Source: Candidatus Poribacteria bacterium
Lineage (GTDB): Bacteria; Poribacteria; WGA-4E; PCPOR2b
Direction of reading: 5' to 3'
DNA length: 64,000 bases
Assembly: GCA_965218095.1 (NCBI GenBank)
Contig: OZ244587.1
Location: forward strand, 6,048,001-6,112,000
The notes under the pieces were generated by a model, which saw only the letters and a program-made list of their open reading frames with translations, ran no database searches and was not told where the DNA came from. Position 1 is the first letter of the stretch. Each line of letters opens with the position of its first letter. Below are positions 1-10,291 of this stretch, piece after piece. Made by a program: the position numbers and the translations under genes.

Positions 1-148
1 ATCATCTCGTAGAATTGACGAATTTCAGGTCGCTCGTGCCCTCCGGGTAGAAAATCAACGATATACGCATCGATCTCCTCCTTTGTTGCTCTCAGAAATT
101 CAAGAGGATGGACGTTTGACATAGTGAATTATTACCTTTTTGGAGTTG

Positions 149-244
149 TAGTGGCTCATTTCGTAAATCCGTGTAGGGTAGACCCGACAGGTTTCCAAAA
201 CTTGTCAGGTCTCCAAACCCTATATGAATTTAAAAAATAGACTA
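149..244. repeat. MITE/REP-like palindromic element
   Basis: Imperfect terminal IRs (TAGT..ATTT..TAAAT..TAGGGT / ACCCTATATGAATTTAAAAAATAGACTA) enclose the internal hairpin AGACCCGACAGGTTT-CCA-AAACTTGTCAGGTCT. Confidence 0.6.
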
Positions 245-650
245 GTAGTCTTCGTATGATGTATAAGGTTGAAAGGCGCGGAAGTTCTCTCGGAGATTAT
301 CAAAAAACTTTGCAGGAGATTGGTTTCTTAATTACTGATCTCAATTCGCTCCCCGTTTGAATCACGAATTGCTTCATAGTGGCACATGGTTTGGTAGGCG
401 CTTTCGATGCGCGATTCAGGCTGGCGTCCGTCACGGATGGCATCGACAAATTCGACAAATTCACCTGCGAACCCTGTCTCGATCAGAAAATCGGCCCCTA
501 CCATCGAAAAGTTTGGAGCGTGAATTTCCTTGATCTTGCCTCATTCATAGTATATCATTTCGGGATAGTTCACAATTCGGTTAACACTTCGGTTGGTTCA
601 ACGAGCATGTTGCGTAGAATGTATTGCATATTAAGTACAAAATAATACGA

Positions 651-790
651 TAGGACTTACGCAGCCGATATGCAGAACGTGCAATTTTACAGGATCTTGA
701 ATCATGACTCCTGAATCTGATGCAAGATTCAAGATACAGGGGACACAAGAGGTTGGGGGTTAATCAACTTATGCAATTGCGTAAGTCCTG
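651..790. mobile_element. MITE (140 bp, non-autonomous)
   Basis: Terminal IRs TAGGACTTACGCA / TGCGTAAGTCCTG are flanked by a 5-bp direct repeat TACGA (646-650, 791-795). Confidence 0.8.
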
Positions 791-976
791 TACGAAATAC
801 GCTTCGACGAAAGGTTGCCACAGCCAATCGTCCCAATTTTGACCGTCTGCAATTTTCAGTCTTCTGCTCGCGTGTGAGGCTCTGTGAAGTTCGACCTTAT
901 CCCCATTGCACAAAACGCAATTTAACACAACCTTTCAAAATTATAACCTATACTTCCACAGATTTTCAATGCTTGA

Positions 977-1018
977 AACTCTCTCATTTAAGAAATTAAC
1001 TCTCTCATTTAAGAAATT
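977..1018. repeat. Perfect 21-bp tandem duplication
   Basis: AACTCTCTCATTTAAGAAATT occurs twice in tandem. Confidence 0.9.
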
Positions 1019-1102
1019 ATAGTGACAGTTTGCGGTAACGATGGTATACTATATTTTTGTATGCAGTTGATCTGTATGTCCTGCTACGTTTTACGTCTCA
1101 CG

Positions 1103-1477
1103 TCGAATGTTGAAAAAGATGCGGAAGATTCCGAAGAGTTGAGCGACGAAGAAATTAAGAATTGTATCATGACAACCGAAGAAGAATTAGAGGGATACTT
1201 TACCGTCAAGTCTATTGTGCGTGAAGTGGTTGACTCAGACCGAATTGTACACCGAGACACCATAAGGTATATGTCAGTTGTGCTGGATAATGATAGGCGA
1301 AAGCCTATATGCCGCCTCCACTTCAACCGTCCTACAAAATACTTAGGTTTATTCAATGAGGAAAAAGTGCACGAGCGGATTGAACTCGGTCGCATAGACG
1401 ATATTTACAAGTACGCCGAACAGCTAAGAGCAACCGTTCAACGTTACGATGAGGCTAAACGAGTCGAAGAAAGCTGA
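1103..1477 (+). pseudogene. C-terminal remnant of a restriction-endonuclease-like (HsdR_N-associated) protein
   Basis: TTEEELEGYFTVKSI...RDT..YMSVVLDNDRRKPICRLHFN matches the C-terminal domain of this family. The N-terminal nuclease part is missing and the junction lies at a heptamer repeat run (1082-1102). Confidence 0.65.
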
Positions 1478-2092
1478 CGAAGGAGGTTTTTATGATGTTG
1501 CGTTCTGTTTTCCTGTTGCTGGTGTGTTTGTTTCTTACGGTAGGGGTTACTGCATCGATCTCTGAGACGAAAGGTTTGTTAGATGATTTTGTTCCGTCAG
1601 GACTTACCGCGTAGATTGTGAAGATACCCGACCCAATCCTACAACAGACGATTAGAAAAGCACTTGGCATTCCTGAAGGACGTTTTATTTTACGGAAGGA
1701 CATGCTGAGATTAAAGACGTTGGATTTGAGTCTGCTGGGGGGGATTCACTATCTGACCTCTCACTGCTTGCAAACTTGACCAACTTGAAAGACGTTTGGT
1801 TGGCAAACTGTGGGATTTCTGACATAACTGCACTTGCTAATCTGACTCAACCTGTCTTACCCTTTTATCCAATCTTATTACTGACATCAGTTCACTTGCA
1901 AATTTAACACAGTTGCGCATCCTGGATCTGACTGGCACTAACATTAGCGATCTTAGTCCACTTGCAAATTTACAGGTGAATGACCTGAAACTGAGGAACA
2001 CTGACGTTAAGAATATAATGGTCCCCAATATTCGGGCCAGGAGTTAAGTAAGAAATAACGTCTAACTCCCGTCCACCAATGGAGGTCTGAAT

Positions 2093-2383
2093 ATGTCAAC
2101 CAAACGGATTCGGCATACTGCCAAATTCAAGTTTCAAATAGCCGTTGAAGCCATCAAGCCCGATAAAACTATCAACCAATTGGCAAGCGAGCATCAGTTG
2201 CACCCAAGCCAAATCAGCCAATGGAAGAAACAGTTGCTTGAACAAGGTAGCGATATTTTCGCTACCAACCCGACCCAGCGACAGCGTGAGCAAAATGACA
2301 GGGAGTCGAGCCTGTATGAGCAAATGGGGCGGTTGAATATGGAACTCGACTGGTTGAAAAAAAAAGCTGCCTCAAGCCGCTGA
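2093..2383 (+). CDS. IS3 transposase OrfA (HTH)
   Basis: RHTAKFKFQIAVEAI...LASEHQLHPSQISQWKKQL...LYEQMGRL..ELDWLKKK. Confidence 0.9.
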   Translation: MSTKRIRHTAKFKFQIAVEAIKPDKTINQLASEHQLHPSQISQWKKQLLEQGSDIFATNPTQRQREQNDRESSLYEQMGRLNMELDWLKKKAASSR

Positions 2384-3194
2384 ACAGAGACGGGCACTCG
2401 TTGAACCCGACCACCTGAAACTGAGTATCCGTCGTCAGTGTGAATTGCTCGGTTTTTCCCGGTCAACCCTCTACTGTCAACCGGCTACAGAGTCAGCAGA
2501 CAATCTGCATCTGATGAGACAAATAGATGAGCACTATCTGCAAACCCCTTTCTATGGGAGTCGTCGAATGACACAACATCTTAAGCGGCTTGGCTACCGT
2601 GTGAACCGCAAACGCATCCAGCGACTGATGCGTTTGATGGGTATAGAAGCGATTTATCCCAAACCCTCAGCCATCAACAGCGAGCATCGGATTTACCCAT
2701 ACCTATTACGGGACTATGAGGTGACCGCTGCCAATGAGGTCTGGTCGGCTGACATTACCTATATCCCGATGGATAAAGGGTTTATGTATCTGGTGGCGAT
2801 ACTCGACTGGTATAGTCGTTACGTCATCACTTGGGAGTTATCCAATAGTCTATCAGGGCAGTTCTGTCTCGACGCTTTGCATCACGCATTATCTGGGGCA
2901 ACCCCCATCATCTTCAATACTGACCAAGGTGTCCAGTTTACAGCCAATGCTTTCACCGATACGGTCGAAGCCGATGGTATTGCTATGAGTATGGACAGCG
3001 TGGGGAGAGCCATTGACAACATTTACATTGAGCGGTTTTGGCGAAGCGTCAAGTATGAAGATGTTTATCACAAACTTTACCAAACAGGGCAAGCCCTGTT
3101 TGATGGATTAACTCAATATATCCGTTTCTATAATCAACAGCGACCTCACCAGAGTCTAAATTATGCTACCCCGGCTGAGGTCTATCTGAGCTAA
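2358..3194 (+). CDS. IS3 transposase OrfB (DDE integrase core), via -1 frameshift
   Basis: YGSRRM, WSADITY, NTDQGVQF and DNIYIERFWRSVKYE motifs. The start is set approximately at the slippery AAAAAAAAAG. Confidence 0.9.
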   Translation, partial: KKKLPQAAEQRRALVEPDHLKLSIRRQCELLGFSRSTLYCQPATESADNLHLMRQIDEHYLQTPFYGSRRMTQHLKRLGYRVNRKRIQRLMRLMGIEAIYPKPSAINSEHRIYPYLLRDYEVTAANEVWSADITYIPMDKGFMYLVAILDWYSRYVITWELSNSLSGQFCLDALHHALSGATPIIFNTDQGVQFTANAFTDTVEADGIAMSMDSVGRAIDNIYIERFWRSVKYEDVYHKLYQTGQALFDGLTQYIRFYNQQRPHQSLNYATPAEVYLS

Positions 3195-3781
3195 AGCAGT
3201 GTCAGTTTATCTCAAATATCTTACTTATTTTTCCTGTATTTTGGCCTCGACAATGGGTCCACTTTAGAATCTCCGTCCACTTAATGTAAGCTGGCTGAAT
3301 CTGGTAGGTACTCGCTTTACCAATTTGAGCACACTTGAGGCGCTTGAGGCAATGTCTATTGCCAAGGAGATAAGTGTTTCACAGGTCTCTACACCCTTTC
3401 AAGTTCAAGAGATCACCGAGGACGTGGCCTTAGAAAAGTAAGTAAGGAGCTACATAAGTCGGGAATTACGCAGTTTGGGAGACGTAAAAATCGTTTACAA
3501 GAATCCTGACTGGAGGTTAGAGATTCGGGATGTGGCGACGAATGTGTTAACGGTAAAGTTCTATACGGCGGTGATAGTAAAATATGTCGGTTTGACCTCT
3601 TATATGAATTATCGGGATAACCCTGGCAAGTTTGTCATGCCCATGTACGATCCAAACGACCTGAATGATTTAGAAGAGCATGTGAGGAGGTTGTTGTTGG
3701 CTTCGATGCTGATTTCCTTGAACCGGCGAGGCGGAGGAGAGAATGAATTGAACACAATTCAACATGTTAGGGAGAGCGGAA

Positions 3782-4834
3782 ATGCCAAATTTTACGCCGC
3801 AGCAGTTGCGCAAAATCACGGCGAACATTTTTGAAGCCGCAAATGTGCCGGGCGAAGAAGCGCATATCGTTAGTCAATTGTTCGTGGATGCCAATCTCGC
3901 GGGACACGATTCACACGGAGTGATTCGCATCCCACAGTATATCGGCTTCATAAAGTCGGGACAAATCAACCCCGGCGCTCCAATGAATGTTGAACGGGAA
4001 TCCCCGTCGCATGCTCTGATTAATGGTAACTGGGGATTCGGACAGGTCATCGCCAAACGGGCGATGGCGTTGGCAATCCGCAAGGCGAAAGCAAGTACCG
4101 TCAGTGCAATCAGCATTTATAACTGCAACCACATCGGAAGGCTCGGCAGCTATACGATGATGGCAGCGGATGAGGGGTTGATTGGCATGGTGACGGTGAA
4201 CGCAGGAGGTGCAGCACTTTACGTCGCGCCATTCGGCGGCAGCGACGGGCGGCTGGCGACCAATCCCATCTCGATTGCGGCGCCGACACGGAATGACGAA
4301 CCGATAGTGCTGGACATCACGAGCAGCGTCGTGGCGCAGGGAAAGATTCGTGTTGCGGTGAATCGCGGCGAGAGTATCCCCCTCGGCTGGCTGATTAACG
4401 GTAAGGGTGAACCGACGACAGATCCGCATGACCTTAATGGGCCGCCCCCCGGTGCTTTGTTGCCACTCGGCGGAATTGCTGGACACAAGGGGTTCGCCCT
4501 TGGCTTGATGATTGACGTGCTAGGTGGGGCACTATCCGGTGCTGGATGCAGCGGTTCAGGCACCACACGAATCCAAAATGGGGTACTGATGATCACGATT
4601 GACATCGCAAAATTCACCCCGATTGAGGATTTTTACTCCCGAGTTGATGCGCTTGTGGCGCATGTGAAATCTTCGCCGATTGCTCCCGGTTTCAATGAGA
4701 TCCTGGTGCCGGGCGAAATCGAGTTGCGTCAAGAGAGGCTTCGTTCGCGCGAGGGTATTCCGATTGATGACGAAACTTGGCGACAGATTCAGGAAACGGC
4801 TGCGGAAGTTGGGATTTCGGTGCTTGAAACGTAA
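3782..4834 (+). CDS. Ldh_2-family (malate/L-lactate/sulfolactate-type) oxidoreductase
   Basis: GHDSHG, NHIGRLG, ATNPI, GHKGFAL and PGEIE motifs. ATG at 3782 follows GGGAGAG. Confidence 0.9.
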   Translation: MPNFTPQQLRKITANIFEAANVPGEEAHIVSQLFVDANLAGHDSHGVIRIPQYIGFIKSGQINPGAPMNVERESPSHALINGNWGFGQVIAKRAMALAIRKAKASTVSAISIYNCNHIGRLGSYTMMAADEGLIGMVTVNAGGAALYVAPFGGSDGRLATNPISIAAPTRNDEPIVLDITSSVVAQGKIRVAVNRGESIPLGWLINGKGEPTTDPHDLNGPPPGALLPLGGIAGHKGFALGLMIDVLGGALSGAGCSGSGTTRIQNGVLMITIDIAKFTPIEDFYSRVDALVAHVKSSPIAPGFNEILVPGEIELRQERLRSREGIPIDDETWRQIQETAAEVGISVLET

Positions 4835-4928
4835 CACGGAGACAAAAACAGATGAATCCTCGCTTGCAGGCAATTATTTTCGACTTCGACATTGGACGTA
4901 GATTCCTAAGTGGAGTAGAGGGGGTATA

Positions 4929-7607
4929 ATGGCAAAAAAATCGAAACTTTCCCCTTTGATGGAGCAGTACAAGCGATTAAAAGATCAACATCCGGATGCA
5001 ATTCTGCTTTGTCGCGTCGGGGATTTCTACGAAGCGTTTTACGAAGACGCGGAGTTGATTGCTCGTGTCCTAGAGATTGCGCTAACGTCCAGAGATAAGG
5101 ATAGCCAGGGGGGAGTGATTCCCATGGCAGGCGTACCACATCACGCGCTCGACTCGTATCTCTACAAGCTGGTAAAGGCAGGCTATAAAGTTGCAATCTT
5201 GGAACAGGTGGAAGACGCGAAAAAAGCGAAGGAGGAGTATAGACTTGTCAAACGCGATCTTGTTCGTATTGTGACGCCAGGTACCGTAACAGATCCGAAG
5301 GTACTTGATCAGAAACTGAATAACTACCTTATCGCAATCTATGTCCTCAAAGGCAATTATGGCCTAGCGTCCGTGGATCTTTCTACGGGAGAATTCGCGG
5401 TGACAGAATTGGAAAATTTGCCAAAGCTCTGGTCAGAGATTCATCGGCTTGCTCCGAAGGAATGCCTTTTTTCTGAGGAATTCGATGATCAGGAGATGCT
5501 GGAACAGATCCGGATCAATCTGAAGGCAACGGTGAATTTCCTTCCGGATTGGCGTTTCGCATTTGATACAGCAAGGTCTGAACTCCTTCAACACTTCAAC
5601 ACACTCTCTTTGGATGGCTTTGGGTGTGAACATCTGCACGCCGCAATCTGCCCAGCGGGGGCGCTGATCTACTACCTTTACGAAACCCAGAAGCAGGAGG
5701 TGAAACATATTGTCTCTCTCCACACCTACGCCATTTCGGACTTCATGCTCCTGGACGCAGATACGCAGCGGAATTTAGAGTTGACAGCATCGATTCGCGA
5801 TGGCTCATCGAAGGGAACGCTGTTGGAGGTGATGGACGAAACAATAACGCCGATGGGGGCGCGCAAACTCCGTCAGTGCATCTTACAGCCTCTGCTGCAA
5901 CCTGCGGAGATCGATGCCCGCCTGAACGCGGTCGATGAGTTGAAGAATCGAATTGGATTGCAGGAAGAATTACGTGAACGGTTGAGTAAGATGTACGATA
6001 TGGAACGGTTGATTTCGCGCATCAGTCTGGGGTCGGCAAACGCCCGAAATCTCCTCGCCCTGAAAGATTCGTTGCGCTTGCTTCCAGGGATCAAGGAGCA
6101 ACTCAAGGACTGTGAAACTTCGTTATTGCAGACCTTAAACGAAACCCTCGATCCCCTGACCGATTTAGCGAATCTGATCGAGACAGCCATCCACCTTGAA
6201 CCCCCTGTGACCGTGCGTGAAGGCAGGCTTATCAACGATGGCTACAACGAACAGTTGGATGAACTTCGCGCCATCACCAGCGAAGGAAAAAACTGGATCG
6301 CAGAACTCCAGCAGAAAGAACGCAAGCAGGCAGGCATCTCGTCGCTAAAGATCGGCTTCAACCAGGTCTTCGGGTACTACATCGAGGTTACCAAGGCGAA
6401 TCTTCATCTTGTGCCAGAACATTATATCCGCAAGCAGACGCTGACCAACGCCGAACGGTTCATCACGCCGGAGCTCAAGGAGCGCGAATCGCAGATTTTG
6501 AACGCGCAAGATCAGATCCAGACACTTGAGTACGACCTCTTTTGTGAAATTCGCGCCCAGGTCGCGCAGGAAACCGAGCCGGTTCAGAAAGCTGCTGCGG
6601 TAATTGCCACGATCGACGTTATCGCCAACCTCGCTTATATCGCCTCCAAATACGATTACGGGAAGCCGATTATTGATGAGAGCGACGAGCTCATCGTTCG
6701 CAGCGGACGTCACCCTGTCGTCGAGCGGCTCTTTACGCGGGAGGGCTTCGTTCCCAACAATACAGAGTTGAATTGTCGTGACCACCAGATGCACGTTATC
6801 ACAGGCCCCAACATGTCCGGGAAAAGTACGTTCCTGCGCCAGACTGCGCTCGTCACCCTTATGGCGCAGATAGGCAGCTTCGTTCCCGCCTCCGCAGCAA
6901 AGATTGGGATCGTGGACCGGATCTTTACCCGTGTCGGTGCGTCAGACAATCTTGTGATGGGGCAGAGCACTTTCCTCGTTGAGATGAACGAAACCGCGAA
7001 TATCCTGAACAATGCGACCTGCAAGAGCCTGATCATTCTTGACGAGATTGGTCGCGGCACCAGCACGTTTGATGGACTGAGTATCGCGTGGGCGGTGGCG
7101 GAGTACATTCTGGATGAGAAGAAGATTGGCGCGAAAACGCTGTTTGCGACCCATTACCACGAACTGATCGAGCTAGCTGGAAAGTACAAGCATGTCAAAA
7201 ATTACAATGTCGCTGTCCATGAAGATGGGGAGACCGTGACATTCCTGCGAAAAGTTGTGGAGGGGGGAACAGATCAGAGCTACGGCATTCACGTTGCACG
7301 GCTCGCCGGATTGCCACAGCCTGTGATTGAGCGGGCAAACCAGATCTTGGAGGTGCTCGAACAACACAACCTGAGCATTGAAGGCGGCGAATCAGACCAG
7401 CTCCTACCGAAAGCTGCGCCCAGAGTTCCACGTCCGCGTCGTCGAATCTCGCGGTCCACCTTCGAGAGTGATTCTCTACAGCTTGCCCTGTTCACGCCGA
7501 AGACGCACCCCATTGTCGAGGAACTTCGGAATCTTGAGCTCAACCAGATGACACCGATGGATGCGTTGAACCTGATCTACCATTTGAAAGCGAAAGCGGA
7601 GGAGTGA
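4929..7607 (+). CDS. mutS: DNA mismatch repair protein MutS
   Basis: GDFYE, TGPNMSGKST, STFLVEM, DEIGRGT and SYGIHVARLAG motifs; 892 aa. Confidence 0.98.
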   Translation: MAKKSKLSPLMEQYKRLKDQHPDAILLCRVGDFYEAFYEDAELIARVLEIALTSRDKDSQGGVIPMAGVPHHALDSYLYKLVKAGYKVAILEQVEDAKKAKEEYRLVKRDLVRIVTPGTVTDPKVLDQKLNNYLIAIYVLKGNYGLASVDLSTGEFAVTELENLPKLWSEIHRLAPKECLFSEEFDDQEMLEQIRINLKATVNFLPDWRFAFDTARSELLQHFNTLSLDGFGCEHLHAAICPAGALIYYLYETQKQEVKHIVSLHTYAISDFMLLDADTQRNLELTASIRDGSSKGTLLEVMDETITPMGARKLRQCILQPLLQPAEIDARLNAVDELKNRIGLQEELRERLSKMYDMERLISRISLGSANARNLLALKDSLRLLPGIKEQLKDCETSLLQTLNETLDPLTDLANLIETAIHLEPPVTVREGRLINDGYNEQLDELRAITSEGKNWIAELQQKERKQAGISSLKIGFNQVFGYYIEVTKANLHLVPEHYIRKQTLTNAERFITPELKERESQILNAQDQIQTLEYDLFCEIRAQVAQETEPVQKAAAVIATIDVIANLAYIASKYDYGKPIIDESDELIVRSGRHPVVERLFTREGFVPNNTELNCRDHQMHVITGPNMSGKSTFLRQTALVTLMAQIGSFVPASAAKIGIVDRIFTRVGASDNLVMGQSTFLVEMNETANILNNATCKSLIILDEIGRGTSTFDGLSIAWAVAEYILDEKKIGAKTLFATHYHELIELAGKYKHVKNYNVAVHEDGETVTFLRKVVEGGTDQSYGIHVARLAGLPQPVIERANQILEVLEQHNLSIEGGESDQLLPKAAPRVPRPRRRISRSTFESDSLQLALFTPKTHPIVEELRNLELNQMTPMDALNLIYHLKAKAEE

Positions 7608-7871
7608 AGCGTGAAACGTAAAGCGTAAAACGTCCAGTCCTAAAATTGTAACGCTTCGCAAACCCTCGAAACCAAAGGCACGGCAGGAAAATAAGAAATA
7701 ATCCGTGCCGAAGTAGACAAAACTTATAAAACGTCCAATCAGAAAGTCATCACGATGCCCAGAGCGGCGGAATCACGGGCGAAACGGCACAACTCGTGAG
7801 ATTTTCAGGAGTGTCTAACCCTTGACAAGTTGAAACGATAGGCTTACAGGACAAATAAGGAGGGATAGTCT

Positions 7872-8094
7872 ATGGACAGAAATTTTACACACAGAACCGA
7901 GAACACGGATTATTTTCACACACCCTCTTAGTGTGGCTTGTGGTAGGAAATCATGTTTGGGAAGACAAAATAGACGCTTTAATCAATCGGCTAAAGGCTG
8001 AAGATGTATCTGTTCGTCTTGCTATAATTGACGAATTAGATGAGATTATCAGCCGTCGCTTGAATTCTCGGAAGGTTCTTGACCGCAAGGAATG
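7872..8094 (+). pseudogene. Probable HEAT-repeat protein remnant
   Basis: Frame-broken fragment IDALINRLKAEDVSVRLAIIDEL follows a hydrophobic stretch. Confidence 0.35.
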
Positions 8095-8259
8095 ATGTCT
8101 ACCATCTTCCTGACCAGTACAGTTTTTGGGATTTATCCACGCTTTTATTGAAATTGCAACGCCCCAAACCCGCATTCCACCGTTTCTTATTGAGACTTAA
8201 TTCGCAAAAAAGATGTCCGATAACCATGTCACATTTTATCGGCCATGCCCTGTACTGCC

Positions 8260-8344
8260 CTATTCCTCATGCGTGTAAAACACGCTGGTGTCTATCTTAG
8301 CGACCCCATTAGACGTTCCAACCCAGGCGGTGCCTTCACCAAGT
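8260..8344 (-). repeat. Diverged duplicate of the 3' end of the TPR/propeller gene at 47574-49562
   Basis: 68/76 nt identity to 49472-49547 in inverted orientation; encodes LGEGTAWVGTSNGVAKIDTSVFYTHEE*. Confidence 0.9.
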
Positions 8345-8354
8345 TCGCCTCGCT

Positions 8355-9601
8355 TCATCCTCCCACATCGGACTCCAGCGGAAGTGCCGTCAGTCTACGG
8401 AAGAAGTTGTTGGGTCCAAACTCAATGTTGGTGTTGTCCGCAAGTCGCAGATTGGGTAGGCGTCGCAGCAGCGAGGGGATGGCGATTTGCGCTTTGAGCC
8501 GTGCCAGCGGCGTGCCGGGACAGAAATGTGGGCCCAGGCCGAACGACACGTGCTTGTTGTTTTGGTGGCCAATGTTGAATTCGTTGGGCTCATCAAACTG
8601 GTCCGGATCGCGGTTGGCCGCGGCGAGCACCTGTTGGACGAAGTCACCTTTTCAGATCGTCTGACCGCGAAGATCGATGTCTGTGGTCGCGATACGGTGA
8701 GCGCGTTGTGTGGGGGCGTCATAGCGCAACATTTCTTCTACGGTGCTACCAATTAATTGCGGGTCGTCTTTGAGGCGTTGTGATTGATCCGGACGTTGCA
8801 GCAGCGCGAACATGCCGTTACCGATCAGGTTAGTTGTGGTCTCGTGGCCACCGATCACGAACATGATGCAGGTTGAGAACAACTCGGTTTCGGTAAGTTG
8901 CGTGCCTTGCTCTTGGGCATTCGCCAAGCGTGACAGAAGGTCATTGCGTGGTTGTTTACGACGCTGATCGATGAGGCCGCCCAGCCAGGTCCGCGCTTCG
9001 AGCAGCGCTTCCTGGCTTTTCTCAACGCGGTTGCTGAATCCGCCCTGCCCGTGCCATGAAACGCTGCAATCTGATCGGACCAGGTTTTGAACTGCGCGCG
9101 ATCCTCCTGAGGGAAACCAAACATGTCCGCGACAACCATCGCCGGCAACGGGTTCCCAAAATCGCCAATCAGATCGATACGCCCCGTTGGGATGACCGCG
9201 TTGATCAGGTCATCAACAATCTGCTCGATGTGCGGGTGTATCGCCTTGACAACGCGCGGCGTGAAGGCTTTGCTCGTAATGGTGCGGACGCGCGTGTGGT
9301 CTGGCGGGTCAAGACGCACCTGACCGGCGGTGAAATGCTCGTACAGTGGCCGCACCTTATCCAAGGTTTTCGGGGGAAGTTGATCCAGGTATCAAGTGGT
9401 TGTGCCGACGCTTGAGAAGGACCGAAAGTCTCGTAGCGTCGCCGCTACGTCGTCATAACGTGTCAGCAGCCAGCACTGCTACGTATCTGACCAGTGCACG
9501 GGATGTGCCTTGCGCAGCTCGCGGTAGGTCGAATATGGATTCTGCAAGAACTGTGGCATCGTGAGTTGTTCGTCAAGCGCAGAGATCGAGGATGTTTTCA
9601 T
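8355..9601 (-). pseudogene. Cytochrome P450, multiply frameshifted
   Basis: DPPDHTRVR, GGHETT, EEMLRY and heme motif FGLGPHFCPG are split across at least four ORF fragments. Confidence 0.9.
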
Positions 9602-9608
9602 CCGATTT

Positions 9609-10121
9609 TCACCAATCAACTTCCTTTCCAGGGATGAAGCGCATCCCCTTGAGCCAGCGGGTCCGGCCGCTGCGGTAGTGGTCGCCCTGGTAGAAGGGGT
9701 AATACCTGGTGCGTGGATAGATGGCCACCACATTGGCGCCTCTCCTGACAAGGGTGTATTTTCGCTTTTGAATCCACACTTCGTCCGTCCGCTCGCCGAT
9801 CAGGAACGTCAGGGTAGCCGTATCCTCTGGCCGGACCTCCCCCACCTCGGCGTACCTGCCGCTCCAGCCGGGATTCCGATCCGCTCCGTTCACCTGCACT
9901 CGAACGTCATTCGGCAATACCCACTCCGGAATGCGGACCGAAAGCTCGACGGGCTGCTTTACCTTGATATCAACACGCCCCTGATATGGAATGTAACTGC
10001 CCACGTCAGCCCACTGCGAGGCACGATTCAGGAGCAGGTTCACCTTTAGTTTGCCGTCGGCGCACGTCAGGCTGCGATGCCACACCCAGTAGAGGGCGCG
10101 CGTGGCGCTATGCACAACCAA
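9609..10121 (-). pseudogene. C-terminal fragment of a GH127-like/hypothetical protein
   Basis: VNLLLNRAS.WADV.SYIPY.GRV...LSVRIPEWV beta-sandwich C-terminus; no N-terminal part or RBS. Confidence 0.55.
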
Positions 10122-10291
10122 TCGGGTCGCCAGGTTCCCAGTGAATTGTCATGGGAACACCCTCCAGTTAAGAACGGTGATGGGGGAGAATACCTTGACT
10201 TCCGGTTCGGTTAATCGGGGACAGCGCTGCCGTCGGAGGCTGTGGAGACAGGACCGGGGAGGCCATAGGGCGTGTCGAGTTCACTGTTATA

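Larger units (their letters stand above)
2014..3266 (+). mobile_element. IS3-family insertion sequence
   Basis: Imperfect IRs TATAATGGTCCCC / GGGTCCACTTTA, 3-bp TSD GAA, orfA plus orfB with an A9G slippery site. Confidence 0.92.
1492..3780 (+). pseudogene. Secreted leucine-rich-repeat (internalin-like) protein, disrupted by stops, frameshifts and IS3
   Basis: RBS AAGGAGG, signal peptide, IPDPILQQTIRKALG cap and LANLTxLxxLxL repeats. TAG at 1612 plus frameshifts. Removing the IS3 and one GAA copy restores TDVKNLRPLNVSWLNL. The 3' end is approximate. Confidence 0.8.

Noticed and set aside
1-70. Minus-strand ORF MRISLIFYPEGTSDLKFVNSTR with a strong RBS
   Set aside because: It reaches TGA at the window edge and cannot be identified or evaluated for recoding.
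379-645. 88-aa ORF
   Set aside because: It has no RBS or recognisable motif and lies between MITEs, so it is probably spurious.
8260-8344. DGR template/variable repeat pair with 49472-49547
   Set aside because: Mismatches are mixed transitions, not adenine-specific, and there is no reverse transcriptase in the window.
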